This document shows positions 36,441 to 51,700 of a stretch of 64,000 nt of DNA, piece by piece. Origin of the DNA: Perna viridis (taxonomy: Eukaryota). A program made the translations under genes and the position numbers. Under the pieces are notes generated by a model, which did not search any database, was not told where the DNA came from, and saw only the letters and a list, made by a program, of their open reading frames with translations. The stretch is taken from assembly GCA_037379345.1 (NCBI GenBank), contig CM074516.1, positions 8,556,001 through 8,620,000 of the forward strand, in the 5' to 3' direction. Every line of letters starts with the position of its first letter. Position 1 is the stretch's first letter.

Positions 36441-36564
36441 AGATAGTCTGAAAAATATATTATATATGATAGACTTTCATAATGTCTACAAATTAATTTT
36501 GAGTTGGTTTCACTTGTACATTATTATGTCACAATACCCACAAAATTCAAGACTTATTTTGAAA

Positions 36565-37040
36565 CTATGTTCCCCAAACGAAGTGGGGGAAACATATTGT
36601 TCTTGTTTTGACACTCACAATTTTTCTTTGTCGCTAATGCTATGTCTGCGCAACTCCTCCGAAACAGCTGAATAAAATGAAACTTTACTTGGCACAAAAA
36701 GGTCACCAAATGGAGATATGCATGCACGAAGTGAAATTTCAATCGTGCCTGCCATTTCTAAATGGCCACAATTGAAAGACGAAAAAAAGTCATGGAAAAC
36801 GGAGAAAAAAATGGACTTAATATTTGGTTAAAACAAGTCACTACAAGGACTTCCTGTCGGCCACATAAACATTTAAAAGAAATAGCCACCTTTCCAAAAC
36901 GGCCGCCGGTCAAACATTTAAAAAACTAAAAACAAATGGAAATAAATTGTAGAGCCATAGAACTGATTTTCGGACTCCTGCAACATTGGGAACGTTTTTG
37001 AACATAAGTGTTGGTGTCCACAACATTTTATACTAGTTTG
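36565..37040. mobile_element. HINE/Helentron-type non-autonomous element
   Basis: Terminal hairpin ATGTTCCCCA..TGGGGGAAACAT, then TGTCTGCGCAACTCCTCCGAAAC. The other end reads TTGGGAAC..CTAGTTT. Confidence 0.45.
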
Positions 37041-37394
37041 TATTGTATTTAGTTCTTTTTTTACACTTTATATTCACATCTTCATTGACTTGACTACTGA
37101 TTTTGCCAATTTTGACCCGTGACAATTGTATGCTCCTCATTGTGTTGAAATAAACCGGAAGTAATAAACCGTAATAGAAGCGAGATATTTAGCGCGCTAT
37201 AAATCCTTGTTCTATCCATCTTTCATTTTGAAATGCCTGTACCTAGTCACGATCTTTGTGGTGGTTTCCAACAGTTTTTATCCTGATATTACTATTTCAC
37301 CAATTGCTATACGAACTTTCCTTTTGAATATTTCTTCCGCCTATTACCAAAATTAATCAGTAAGGAAATTTCACTATCAACCTTCATTTGATAC

Positions 37395-37470
37395 TAATTC
37401 TGCTGATGAGAGGTTATTTCGTTCAACACGTGTAAAGCGTATCGAAATTTGTAATATATATCATCGGTAT
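37395..37470 (+). ncRNA. Degenerate hammerhead-like motif, same family as 36090
   Basis: CTGATGA at 37403-37409 and palindromic ACACGTGT. GAAA box is mutated. Downstream ATCGAAATTTG.AATATAT is shared with 36134. Confidence 0.45.
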
Positions 37471-38511
37471 TTTAGTATTACAGATTGCTATAAGCAACAT
37501 TGAAAGTGTCTTGGTTTACATTATTTAAAAATGTTTGTATATGTTTTTAAGAATGTTTTTGCAAGGATTTTTAAATAGCAAGGGTCAGAATATCGCGCAA
37601 TTTTAAATAGTACGATAATAAATATCTTGCGTGGGGCGATATACAGCGAGATTACCTATGATGCATTTCGTTGATGCTGAGCGTACCATGTTAATGGCGG
37701 GCGATTTCCACCGCTTCAACATTTCATCACGATTAATGTAGGTATTCTGACCCATTTGGTTTAAAAAATATACAACCTCAAGTTGCCTCCAGACTTTTCA
37801 ATGTTTTGTTTTGATCAATACCTATATTTTCGAGATCTTAATAGCTTGGAAAATTTTCTACCTGGTCCCACCTTCGAAGGCGTACTTCCCTCCTCATTAC
37901 AAATTCAAACTCCTATTTCCAAACCCGATCAATCGTAATATAATTTGTTTAAAATTGATCAGAAATACTATGAGGGTGTATACAAGGAGTTTTAAAGCTG
38001 TAGTTTTCGCTACATTTGTGATATCTACGTTTATATATGCATTGGTTTTGACTCCTGACTGGGTAGCTCCGCCTTCGAGGGCGGTTGCCCTTCTAATTTT
38101 AAATGGTCCGAGGGTGAATATAAGAAATTTTGTATTTAGCCTCCCATTCTTGCTTGATATCAACGTTTGTATTTGACCAAATGTGGCAGCCAGAGTCACG
38201 ACCTCGAGAAAGGTATTCCCTCCTAAATTAAAATTCTAACTCCTTCTTCTAAACCCGAACGATCATCATAAAATTAGTTTTGAATTGACAACAAAATAAT
38301 CTAAAAGTGTATATAAGGATGTTTATAGCTATAGCTTCTCCTGCTTTTGTTGTATCAATGTTTCATATGACTTTATTTTGACTGCAATAGCAGTATCGGC
38401 GGCAAGTAGCTGATGCGAGTATACTGAAATCTCGCCACGCGAGATATTCCAATAAATTACGAGATGCAAATCCTTCTATATTTAACTCTTTATTTTTGTT
38501 TTTGTAAGTAT

Positions 38512-39080
38512 GGTAACTATTGATCAAACTACAACAACCACATTGACTTTTCATTCCGTATTGCGAACTTTCCTTTCCTTCAGCACCTGCGAGTGGAGTT
38601 TTTATATCATTACTCATACGTTACGCCAGAGCTTGCCGTAACTACGCAGATTTTTTTGTATCGCAATAGACTTCTTACAATTAGGCTTCTGGAGCAGGGT
38701 TATGTTGCTACAACATTGAAGTCATCACTACAGAAGTTTCATGGTTGTCATATGGTGTAGCCATCTGCCCCATAAAACTAATTTGTTCAACATGACATAG
38801 TTTTCCTTTCCTCTTTCGTATACCCCGGACTTGACTTTATATTAGCAACTCGGCGGGTGTTTCTAGAAATTCAGAGGGTGCTTACCCTACCGGTGCACTT
38901 GGTCCGTGCACCCTATTTTAAGTGGAGTCCGAGTTCATCATTTATTATTATTTTTTGTATGTATTATTTTGTTTATTTTGTATTTTTTGTGTCTGTGTGT
39001 CTGTTTTCCATGCCTGGTCTTTGTCCCTGGATTACATTCCTTTGATTTCCGCTGTAACCTTGGTTCCCTTGATTACTCTT
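38512..39080 (+). mobile_element. PLE family A, older 5'-truncated copy
   Basis: DFSFRIANFPF..PSAPASGVFISLLIRYARAC plus the shared 3' region. Confidence 0.88.
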
Positions 39081-42000
39081 TACCTGGGAAAAAATGAAAT
39101 GTATGTTTGCCTTTTCTTCCTCTTTAATGGCTTTTGAGTCCAATCGTTACCCCAAAATTAATTTCTTTTTATAATGAATCCCTTATTGATAACATTTGCA
39201 TTGAACAATGTTTTTCGTATCCTGATGTATAGTAAATAATTGCCATTCTATCTACTTTTATAGGTAAACCATACTTTTGATATCTCGTATAAAATACAAT
39301 ATGGATGTTAATAACTCTTTTGGTGGTAATGGAGAGGGAAATTAAAAAAACAATAATTGGAAAATTTATGGCGACATCCAAAATACCTTAACGACGTCCT
39401 ATTAATGACAGTTTGACTATAGTCCTGTTTGTTTAATTTCCGTTAATACATAACAATTAACAGATTTGATCCAAGACTGAAAAGACAATCCTGCTAGTGT
39501 TTGACATAATTAATACTGAAGATTGAAATTGTTTTACATTTCAATCAAATTTAGAACATGTGACACTTTTATTTCATCAAAATAGAAGAAGTTTCGTAGC
39601 ATAAGTCTGTACTTAGGAAATTTTAATCAAACCTAATTACCAGAGACAAACGTGTATTTCTACTGTAAGAACATGCTGTAGTATGTCGTATCGACGTAAA
39701 ACATTAGACAAAAGTCATTTTATTTGTGCAACATGCTTACGTACAGTTTAGTTTTTATGTGTTTAAATTTAAAACGGGTTTCAATTATATCCAACAATTA
39801 GTGCCAAATTATAATGCAGGCTGAAAGATATGTGTTGTACATAAATAAGTATCGGTATATGAAATAGAGATCAACTTCAATGTTTGTATTTAATATTAGA
39901 GATGTGGAAATCAAACGTACCTGTTGACTTTATAAGTGTTTGTATTTTTTGTATCTTGTGAATTTTATCATGAGTTGATATTCCGTATTAACCAGGTTTT
40001 TGGTCTTTTTGCTGATATCAGTCAGAATGTTCATAAAGTTAAACGGTTAAATAATGCTGTCTTATATACCAATTGAAAAAAATGTTCATCTTCAATGGGG
40101 CAATTGCTCTATGTTTCAATGTGATGTCATAATCAAATTTGAACGAGCGAATATCAATCACTGTTAAAAAAATAATACAAATACATATTTTTGACTATTA
40201 TTTATTTCATTGTGCCCCATCTGGTCACACTTGTGGACGCAACATTTACCGGAGTTATGGACCATTGTACTTCACAATTTTTTGCGACTTAATGAAAAGT
40301 TCTTTTTACATATTTTGTCTAGATTTACAGCCTGTCTCTTACATTATGTCATAATTAATTGATTTTTAAATTTTGAAAAGTTCATAGTAATAAGAGAATG
40401 CATCTTTACGGAGATACACGTAAGATGAACACTGTGACGATATGGTTAAATATATCAAGAACCGCCATTTTGCAAAATTTATTCTTTCGTTATCAAAATA
40501 TTGACGAGTTCAATATATAAAGATATTTATTCTAATTCATAAAATGTTCAAATTATCAAGATATTTTTCAATTATTTTTCTCTATACTTCAGAATTAATT
40601 TTCAATTTCTCGGCAATCTGCGCACGAACCGAATTACTTTTTTGGTTCATATTTTCGACACATTTAGACGATTCAATTATTTTTATTCAGAGTTTGATAA
40701 GCTATGACTTAAATAATATACACATGCATAACTAATATCTTTGATAGACATTGTTATTTACAGAGCCTATGTAATTTTAATCAGTATTCGGATTCAGTGG
40801 AAGTAATTGTTGAGATTAATAAATTGATTATGATGACCTAGAGCGTCTGATGATATTCGGTGTTATTATAACTGTATTTACATAATGCTATATAGTTGTT
40901 TTTGTTTCCTTATATACCCATAACAAGCGCCTAAGAGAAAACTTGAAAAATGAGTTCTGAAAAGTTATCAAGCTATTTCCTCATTTTGGATCATAAACAA
41001 CTTAGATTAATGCCCCTTTTGTTTCTTCATTAGTCATTTCTTTTTGTTTCTTATGATACCTTATTACTGTAGATTTTTATGAAACAGTCATATATTACTG
41101 TAATAGTAAAATACGTTGCAGCTATGATACTGCAATCGTTATCCAGGAAAGAATTAACAGTCCCTTCAATAGATATTTACAGTAAATTAGACCTGCCTGT
41201 AATTTGAACTTTTAATTAACACAATTTAAGGTAATACTTTTTATGTTGACGAAATAGGAATTACAAGTATTACACCCCTCAACAATGCAATTTTTTACGA
41301 TAAGTTTTAAATAGAAGCATTCATTTATCGAATGGAATAAAAATAGATTAAACGATTGAATATATTTTTGTTACCACATTTAAATATATAGGTTTATCAT
41401 ATGGCAGCGATTTTAAAAAAGGTAGACATCGCAAAACTATTTTGTTTTGTGTTATAGCTTGGAGTTTAATATAGGAAACGTAGAATAACGTTACATGGCG
41501 TATAATGATTAATATCAATGTATTTATCGACATAGTCTACATCTGATATGCCCTGCCTGGCATAAGAAAAACAGCAATTTTTACGATGGTTAATTATTTG
41601 AAAAAAAACTCTTGGAGGCATTTTGTATTATTGTATCACCATTGAGATAAATTCTCACGATGTGACGTACGCTTCTTCATATTGATACTCTGAATAAGAA
41701 TTTCCTATTATTCTTCTGCTGAACAGAACTATATCAGGGTTCATGGACGTTTCTGATGAACTGAATCCAACAAAATGGAACAATTATGACAAAACAGTCA
41801 GAACAGTATGTCTTCAATTAATTAAAAAAGGCCATTACCTGAATATGAAAACGATGTACATAAATGAAAAACCGATTACTATCTTAAAACGGACTGTTCT
41901 TATTTTTTTTATTTAAAACAAAAATGGTGTTCCTGAGAAAACTATGATAATTGTATTTGTTATCAGTATGTGTTTTCAAGTTTTTTGAAATTCATTTGTA

Positions 42001-43569
42001 TAAAATAATAGTCATATCAAAGTGTTACATATGAACAAAAATACGAGAGTAGGATAAATATAGGAAACGAACAAAGAACAACTAACAAAACCACCGAACG
42101 CATTACATGTATATCTTGCTCGACTATTTAAATATTAAAAATCTTTACAGTTTTTTGAAAAATGATGAAGCTGTTTTCTTTTTTATCTATGTTTCAAAAA
42201 TAAAAGTTTCACCTGTTGATATTTTAATGCAATAATGTACATATTTCAACATAAAATTCCTATAATAATTAAAAGAGTGCAAACCAGATGAAATAAAATC
42301 TCTTTTAAATGTGCTCATATTTGAATGTTTAAAACCAAAGTCAAGTAGAGTTTCAAGTCAATGAATTATTACTTGGTGATATCATTACATTTTGTGTATG
42401 TAGCAAATCAAAGTAGTGTTTTGACATTAAAATAAAAAATCTCATTGTTCCACATTTTAATTAATAAAACCACTGAGATTATAAATCAAAGAACAAAAGA
42501 GAAATCAAAGACGGATTCTTACATAGCGTTTTTCTTGCTGTTCAAGTTACGAGTATGTTTGGTGTCTGTACTGATCTAAATGAAAACATGACATATCGCT
42601 CATCAATATGATTTTAATGGTATTTGTACTTAAACAGGCAATAGTCGATTGGTATTTTCGTAAATTAAAACATGTTTAATGCACGAAATATTAACTTGTC
42701 AAAAGCGTATTAATCACATTGATTATTTATGATTTCCAGTAATAAATACGATATTCTGTTATTAATGCCACTAACATTTTTGTTTTCAATCTCGACTTTG
42801 CTGCGTCAAAATTTGCCATTACTAATAGTTACTGAGGCCATTGAATATAAGTAATATACATACATTAATTTGTGTACAAATCGGGACATTAGGTGTTAAA
42901 ATGATTGCTCCCCCGTACCTTTTTGTTGTTTTCATATATCAGGAGGGTTATCTACTTAGCTTATCCACGAATTTATTTTCAATCTATAACTGTAAAATGA
43001 CAAAGAATAGAAATTGAGATAAAACACACTCTATACATAGCAATAGAAGTCAATAATCACAACACTTTTCGCGATCAGTCTCAACATACTATTTATAAAG
43101 TGATATTAAATCTGTCACAATGAAAACTTAAGGCAAAAAAAAGCTGTTTAGCGCTTGATGCAGATTAACTGGGTCTGTCAATAATATAATATATCATGTT
43201 TTGTTCAACATAAGCTATAATTAAACCAACTCATTCATTTTTTTTTTAAATTTACATAAAGGAAATGAATATCAGTAAAATAATGACTACAATAATACAG
43301 TTACCTATAACATATCTGCCATTCCATTTCATGTCTTTTGTAAATGTAGTCGACCTGCCAGATTTTCCAGTTATCTTTTGACTTCCTAACGCAGCTACTA
43401 AATTTAGATCTGAATGAAAGAAATAAAACGAAAAAATATGTTTGATAAATAAACAGACGTTTCTATTTTTAGAAACCTTTATTGTATGACAGGCACATTA
43501 CACTGTAAATTATTTATTTCATTGTTGTTTACGGTGGTTTAATGGTATGATAACTGGTAGTATTTTTAT

Positions 43570-44166
43570 TCACCAAACTTTACGACAAACGTGATGATTT
43601 TTCATTCAGAATTGAAAACTTTCTTTTCATCTGTGGCAACATCCCTTCAGCACCTGCGAATGGAGTGTTCATATCACAACTCATACGTTATGCCAGAGTT
43701 TGCCGAAACTACGCAGACTTTTTGTACCGCCCTGAACTTCTTACTAGTAGGGTTCTGGAGCAGGGTTATATTGCTACAAGATTAAATTCATCACCACAGA
43801 AGTTTTATGGTCGTCTTCATGAACTCGTTGATCGTTATGGTGTATCCATGTGCGTCCATGAAAACTGATTTGTTCAACGTGTCATAGTTTTCCTTTCCTA
43901 TTTCGGCTGCCCCGGACTTGACTTTTTATGAGCAACTCGGCGGGTGTTTCTAGAAAAGCAGAGGACGCTTACCGTACCGGTGCACCTGGTCTATGCTCCC
44001 AGTTTTTAGTGGAGTCCGAGTTGCTCATTTGCTTTTGTTACTTTGTATGTATGATTTTAGTTACTTTATGTTCTTTATTGTGTATGTCTGTTTTCCATGT
44101 CTGGTCTTTGTCCCTAGATTACATTTTTTATTACCACTAGAACCTCGGTTCCCTTGATCACTCTTT
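43570..44166 (+). mobile_element. PLE family A, 5'-truncated copy
   Basis: TKLYDKRDDFSFR..FISQLIRYARVCRNYADFL plus the shared 3' region. Confidence 0.92.
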
Positions 44167-47100
44167 CAGACACTCGGAATACTTATAGGACACCAAGGTC
44201 CTTATGTTTGATAGCCCGATTGGTGACTAAATAAGAAATTTGTTATTGTATTTTATTTTTGCAGTCTCCGTCCCAAGACTGAAATACTTAATTCTGAAAG
44301 TTTTGATTTTTCGGAGTTTCTGTCTGTGATCCTGTTGTTTTTGTACTTATTAATTTTTAGTATCCGTTCCAGATTTTATTTTTTATGTATTTTATTCATA
44401 CATTTATTCTGCAAGACACTGTTTTGCTTATATATTAATTCATTTTTCTGAGGTTTCAATCCTGGAATTTTTATTGTCACTTTATTCGTATTCCTTCAGT
44501 TTTCATATTAATGTTTGTGTATTGATTATTTTGCAGAGTTTGTCTCCAATGAATTTGTTTCATTTATGTGTTGTTTCCCGTTTTTAAGTGTCCGTCTCAG
44601 AAATTTTGAATCTTTGTTGACAAAATTAGTATATATTTCTCTTTTTTATTTATTTAAACAGTTGATATAATTGTTTATTTAGATGATATTATAAGTATTA
44701 CTTAAGATATAATTTTAGTCAAAATATGAATGTCAAAACTACCAGTGTTTTTACAAGTCGGTTGTGTACTTTTCTAAACCAAACTGAGTACAAGCTTTAA
44801 GTGTGAAGGTATTTAAGCTTTTCAGTTAAAATTTATTAGCAAAGATAACGTGACCTGCAAACAAATTTGTGAACATTAGGTATCAGATAATTACATTTCC
44901 TTTCAATAAGGAGCATTGTCATTAACAAATTTTAACTTCAACGCATCCGTTAATGAAAACAAAAACAATATTGTTCCCATAATAAATCCTTTTACTCTTC
45001 ACCAATTTTGTTAAGCCACAAATTTGAAAATGAATTAGCAATATTGGACGTAATGTTTTGTCATTTCACAATCACTTTAGTCTTTACCTTTGCTATAAAA
45101 ATGTATCATCATTAAATTTGAATCGTATGCATCATAAATATACTTTAATAAGTAGCATTCCAGATAAGAATCGTGCGAAGTGTGATTTATGGTTGGATAG
45201 CCTACATATTTTTATTTTTGATATTTTTTTATAATGTTATAGTAAACAGAAATTAACATGTGGCTTTTCATACAACCTTTATTATTAGGAGAAAAAATGT
45301 ATAAAATGTACTATAGAAATCAAAATTAAGGGAGATACCTATGTAAATGACACTAAAATACAATAGAGACAGTTGGATTTTTAATGTGGATTATCTTCTA
45401 AGAGCAGACAGATTATAATGCATAATTATATTTTTATCATATTTACCTATAAAGCTAATGAAAATAGACTGTTTTGTGGTATATCACATAACTATTTCAT
45501 TCCATAACTACTTACTAAATAAAAGTCATATTGTTAAAATATTAAACGATAAAGAATCTTCTGCCATGGTAACAAGCAGACATAATGAATATGTTGTAGT
45601 TGTAAGAAAAGTGACAAAACCAAATGTGCCATACTCAATAAATTATGGATTCAATATGCATCGTCATCAGTTTAATCGTACAGTCTGCAAAATAACAATC
45701 GTTAATAGCAATGTGTCATACAATTATGTAAAGTAAGTTTCTGTACACAACCAGGAGATGGAAGAAACTTTGGTACAATCAATGTCAATTTTAGTGGTTC
45801 AGTAATGGTCCTAATAGTATTTGAAATTTACTCTTACTGTTCGTCTGTTGCTATACATATACGCTGTAATTGATCCATTCAAGCATTGGTGATACTGTGG
45901 CTATAACACTTTTCATATCCCACAAAGTATAATTGGACAAAAAAAATATAATATTTCAATACCCAATATGCTGTTAAAGTGTTTCAAGGAGTAACCTTTC
46001 ATCAGCAGCATAAGAATCAAATAAAAAAAACACAAAAAAACACAAACAAAAACAAAAAAACAATCAGACATATTGCAAATTTCGATATGCTGTGCACGTC
46101 TTTCAAGGAGTTACTTCTCCAAAGCAAATGGAAATCAAATACATAGGAATAAAATTTAACTAAATAATAATTGTAAACTAGAAGTACACAAAGCTAACGT
46201 ATTATAATTGAAAGACAACTCTAGTGCCACAAGGATCTACCATATGAATTAAGCTGTTTAATGTAATTTGAATTCTGCAAATTACATGATGTATAATATA
46301 TGATGTACTTCGAATTAAGATAAGTCTAACTAGTGGGCTGATGAATACCATCAAGAACAAACCTTTTAAGAAGTATACAAAGAACACGGTACATACGCCT
46401 CAAGAAACATAATAACAGTGAAGTTCGAAAAATATTTTATGAGTAATATTCAGCAATTTAAGTTAAAGAGATATAGGTAGTTTATATTCAGGTTACGCAT
46501 CTATGTTGCAGCTGTATCTGTACGACTAACAGTACAGAATTATGTATTTATATCTTAAACAACCCATGACAATACTAGTTGATAGTAATAATATCTATTC
46601 CCAACATCTTACATTGCAAAACCATTATTTAGTCCTATTTTCAAAGAAAGGTGAACTCTTGAAAATAAAGTTTAGCGTTGTTGTTTACATTGTTAATATA
46701 TCCTAATTTAGGCTATCCTATTTATACTGGCTTTGCCTAATTGTTGATAGTCTAGATTGTACTAATCAACAGATGCGAAGTACGATCCTTCTAAGTGATG
46801 AGTAGATGTTTGTATATATTTGTGACTATTGAATGTGACACTACCAGATGTGACTCTCTTGAGTGTTGTAAGGGTAGCCGTAAGCAACAACTTACATCTA
46901 AGAGAAAGTAAAATCTTCTTATTGTATTATCGTTGCCTTATTTGATAAACAAGACGATTTGGAAGAAAGGAATACTTCAAAAATAATGTTCTAAGTACAG
47001 TAAATATATAGCATTATTCTAAATGCTCCAAGTCACACAGAAATAGCCAGAATTGTGTAATACAATTCCCATTGATAAACGTACATAACCACAATAATAT

Positions 47101-47304
47101 ACACTAATCACAATTGGTCTACCATGATGATAACAGCCTAATATTTACATTTAGATGTAAAAGAAAATTCTAATATGACGTCCTTAAAAGGCTTTGAGAC
47201 CACTACTGTGATCAATTTTCGATTGCTATATGAGCAGCACGCGACTTATTGGGCGTGGCACTGGGTGTTGCTTGTGTGTTTGTAAATTAATGCTCAATTT
47301 AATC

Positions 47305-47630
47305 ATGTAAACAAACACACGTAACATTCCGATGTTTATCAGCGCTTTCATTCATTTCAGTAGCGTGGATGAATATCAAGTTCATATTTAATATTTAATA
47401 ATGATATTAAATATTGTTTTAGAAAAGTTATATCATATTCCGTAAACATCACTTACACACGTACTCGGTAGCACCGTAATAGGTCACGGAAATGTAAAAA
47501 TGGACCGCTATTATCCTATTAGAATCGAAATAAATCAAGTCTAGATTTGCTCGGGGTAAAATAATGCGGCATAAATGGTCAGCCCGGGTAAAACAATGAT
47601 AAAATGAATTTTCCGTAATTTATTTCTTAA
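47305..47630. mobile_element. Second copy of the foldback element seen at 22190-22990
   Basis: Reverse-complement similarity to 22700-22985 and the same arm CATAAATGGTCAGCC..GTAAAACAATGATAAAATG. Confidence 0.6.
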
Positions 47631-47800
47631 ACAGACCATTTATAGAATTATTGTCTTTTACCTTGTGTTTTTTTAACTGTATTTTTTTACAATGAAGTTA
47701 GCTGTCATTGTTACTCTTCGTATACCATTTTTCAATATCAGTTAAAGTATAGGTACACGACAAAATGATACGGCTTTAATATAAGGACTGTATAAATTTG

Positions 47801-48728
47801 AAACAAGAGGCTCCGAGGAGCCCAAATAGCTTACCTAGTAAAGTTTTGCTTTCAATGGCAATAAATCTAACAAGAAGTCCACAAACTTCGACTCAGAAAC
47901 TTGGTAAGACTTTTCAAAAGTATCATTTCATTAATTGAAAGTTTCGTTCTATCTATAAAAGATTTCAAGTTATTGGCTGACAACTGCTAAAAACATAATT
48001 TTTTCACCTTTCATGGGCAATTACTCTTACATGGAGCTATTGGACAACTTCAATTCCCTAGAGACGTTTGTAGGCCTTATAAGAAGGATCATTTCAGCAA
48101 TTGAAGGAACTTAGCTAAAACTAACGGTTTTTGAAATATATGAGAGAAACTTATGACCGACCCCTTTGTTCTATTTTTATTAACAGTAGCCATGTTTTTT
48201 TTCCGCGGATCAAAAATTCCTACATTAGTTCTTTGAAAAATAACCTAAGAAACATTCATACCAAATTTGATTCCAATTGGTGTGGTAGCTTCAGAGGAGA
48301 AGATTTTTGAAAGAAATAACATCAATAATAGCAAAAAACCTTGAAAAGGGACAATAACTCCAACATGGTTTAACAGATTACAACAAAAATTGTAACGTAG
48401 ATATGTTCACACTTTGCTGAACACATTAATTCCAAGATATAATATGGCTGAACCTAACAGTTTTGGGGATACAAGCGAAGAACTACTGTCTAACCCCTAT
48501 GTTCTATTTTAAGTAACGGCGACCATGTTTTCGACGGATCAAAAATCCCCATATCACTTTCTATGCAAGATACATTAAGAAACATTCATACCAAGTTTAG
48601 ATCTAATTGGTCAGGTAATGTCAGAGAAGAAGATGTATGAAAAATTGTAAAAGACGACGACGACGACGACGACGGACGCCAAGTGATGGCAATAGCTCAC
48701 ATGGCCTTTGGACAGGTGAGTTAGTAAA
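47801..48728. mobile_element. Helentron/HINE (pearl-like) element, same family as 49-793
   Basis: AAACAAGAGGCTC..GAGCCC start; (GAC)n-GGACGCCAAGTGATGGCAATAGCTCACATGGCCTTTGGACAGGTGAG end; internal repeats. Confidence 0.8.
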
Positions 48729-51700
48729 AGTGCTTAAATATTTTTTATGATTAGTTTTGGTTTTGAGGGTCAGATTAAAAAAAAAAGAAAACCAGGCGGT
48801 TGCAGATAGAGATAAGTAATTTTGTTTATAAATAAGAAAAAAACTTTAAATCTTTTTTTCCCGAACACTAATTTGTTCGTTATAGTAAACAATTCTTCTC
48901 TCGCTTTTTGAACAGCCAATCAGTAAGTTTAATGTCAATGATTACATTCTGAAAACTTACGAAGTACGCACTTATGAAACATTCTTATTATGTATGAGTC
49001 TGGTTGCTTTGGCAATGTTAATATACATTTATATGCACTGAACTGAATGAACATCTTTTAAATTACTGTCGATTGATATCATGCATTATATTTTCAAAAT
49101 GTTAATCGCTTAAAAATGGACGGCAAGGTTGACTGTATAAAATGATGGTTACCTGTATGTGTTCAGCAAAAGCATCAAATTAAAAATGAATAAGTTTCTT
49201 TAATTAAAAATCGTATTTCATGATTACCACCAGATGGCTCTATTATTTTTTAATATAACCAAGTAAAAGTACATTGTTTTCCAAAAAACCGTTAGATATA
49301 GCGATGTATACGATACACATTTCCAATTATGACTTTTCAAAATTTAATTTAGGGGATTTTTCAAGAAAATGAAGTAAAAAGCCTCGGTTGTTGACATAAT
49401 GGAAATTTATCCTGGTTATGAATATATTTTCTTCATCCTTTCGAAAAGATTAATTAATTGATGTATCAGTTTGGTCAGACGTTTTATCGTATGTCACATA
49501 ACGCCTGCAACAACCGTACAATTTCAAATTTGTCAAATTGAATGAAAATTGATAACTTGTAGTTTTAATATACATTCGATTAAATATTTTCCCTGTTTTT
49601 TTTTAATGTTTGTTGCAATTTTTATGATGTGTTCAACGTTGACCAATTTCAGTGCAAATCAAAATGAGGAGTTTTTATAATACAATGAATATAATAGTCT
49701 CTTTTGCTTTACAATATGGTTGTTTTTTTTAATTTGGTCTCCATTTTGAATCTTTTTCATATTTTAATTTTAGTTATTATCTCAATTTTAGGGACTTTAT
49801 TTTGTTCTAAGTCTAATAGCACCGGTTTGGAAACCGTTTATGTTGCTGCCAAACATAATTAATTCTTGGATTTTTTGCTTTTTTGTTGAAAGCAGGTTTG
49901 ACACTTATTCTTTTTTTCAATTTCTTTTTTCGTATACGAAAAATATTGATAATTTGGTATTGATATGATGTAAATATTGGATACCCTCTACGCTTTAACT
50001 GTATGTTTTGAATGGATTTCATCTTAAAAAAATATTAAACACTCATTTTGCATGACACTCAAGCTGGTAGTGCACCACTTCGAGCTAGTTGATTCTAGAA
50101 ATAGGTTTCTCTCGTTTTCCAAAATTGCTTATTCTTATATCATGTCGAATTCATACTTTGTGTAACATTGTACAGTATCTTAAATATCTATACATATACA
50201 TTACATGAATATGTGTTGTTTAACGGTGTTGTTGGATAATGTGGAAAACAAGGAAATCTCAAGAATAAAAGTATAAAAGACTCTATCATACATTTGCATG
50301 CCTTACTCCTCCTACTACTGCTACATATACATATGTAACACGTACATGTATCAAGCTTGTGTATTGTAACTGAATGGTTAGTAAAGCATATAACAACACA
50401 CATTGCTGTACCTAAATGCATATTGACGTATACAAATGAATGCATCGGTTTCAAATTAAGTCTTTTTGAAATATTAAGGAAAAAGGGCTGTTTAATATAA
50501 GTGAATCTGGTGTGTATGACACACAAGATCCGAGCTATTAGACTCTAGGTATCGCTGATTTTCCACGCCTGGAGACTGCTTATTCTTATGCCATGTCGAA
50601 TGCATACTTAATACAACATTGTAAAATAACTAGGCACGACTAAGCATAACTTTCCTTTTGTACCACGGATTGAAATAATACTGGGAATATCAACCGTTAC
50701 CAATCAGCACATGTGTTTAATCGTGTATCCGAAAGTGATATTTTCTTGCAAACTAATTGCATATAGTAAACCTTGGCTTTGAAATATAGACATTTCCTAC
50801 AATTGATATATTTTTTTTTAAAAAGGTGTTAAAGATGTTAGAAGTATTGTACATAATGTTGTTTTAAGGATAAGGGTTGCATGATGTTAGATGTGTACAA
50901 CGTAATAGGGTAAAATATATATATTAGGTAGGGACTTTTGTTAGTTGTGAATGTGTTTATCAACGAGAAAAGTATAAAGTAGAGCTATTTTACTATGCAT
51001 TTTAAAAAGTATTAATATCAGAATCTTTTTTTCGGTTTTCCTGGCACTGTGATGTTCTGAAGAAATCTACTGGTTTTGAGTACCATGGTTGTACCATGCA
51101 CCACCTTCCTCGGTCATCTTTTGACTCCTCTTTAACCTTATTTCACTTCCCCGTGTGCTGTGTATGTACGTAACTCCATTTCTATACTACATGGCGAAAA
51201 AAACAGTATGTAAGCGCGACAGTAAAAAAGGAATGCTTTATTAATAGAATCCTGTCAAAATGCACATGTGCAAATGTTTAAAGTGGAATACTTGTGGTAC
51301 CAGTGCTTCGAAAGTAAATGTGTGCTAGGCACATATAAACTGCAAAACACACATAGGTATATTCTGCAAATGTAAGAAATGAATATCATATTCAATTATT
51401 TATTATCATTCATTTAAAGGTCATTTCATTTTACTTGATATTTGTTGCCATGTCAACTAATTATCAGTGAATACATTAGTGTGAATGATGAGAAACGTTC
51501 CACGCATTTTTGCCTATATTTATATTTGTAGTAGCTAGGACATCTTTGTCTTCAAAGTATATTTAAAACTAATCAGTTTCAGTTGTACAATAGTCAAAAC
51601 TAAACAACCCCAAACATGGTGACTGCTAGAATCGTCTATGAAAATTTTGGCAACTACAAAAATAAAACACATCAAAATAATTCCCCTGTTTTGGGAGAAA

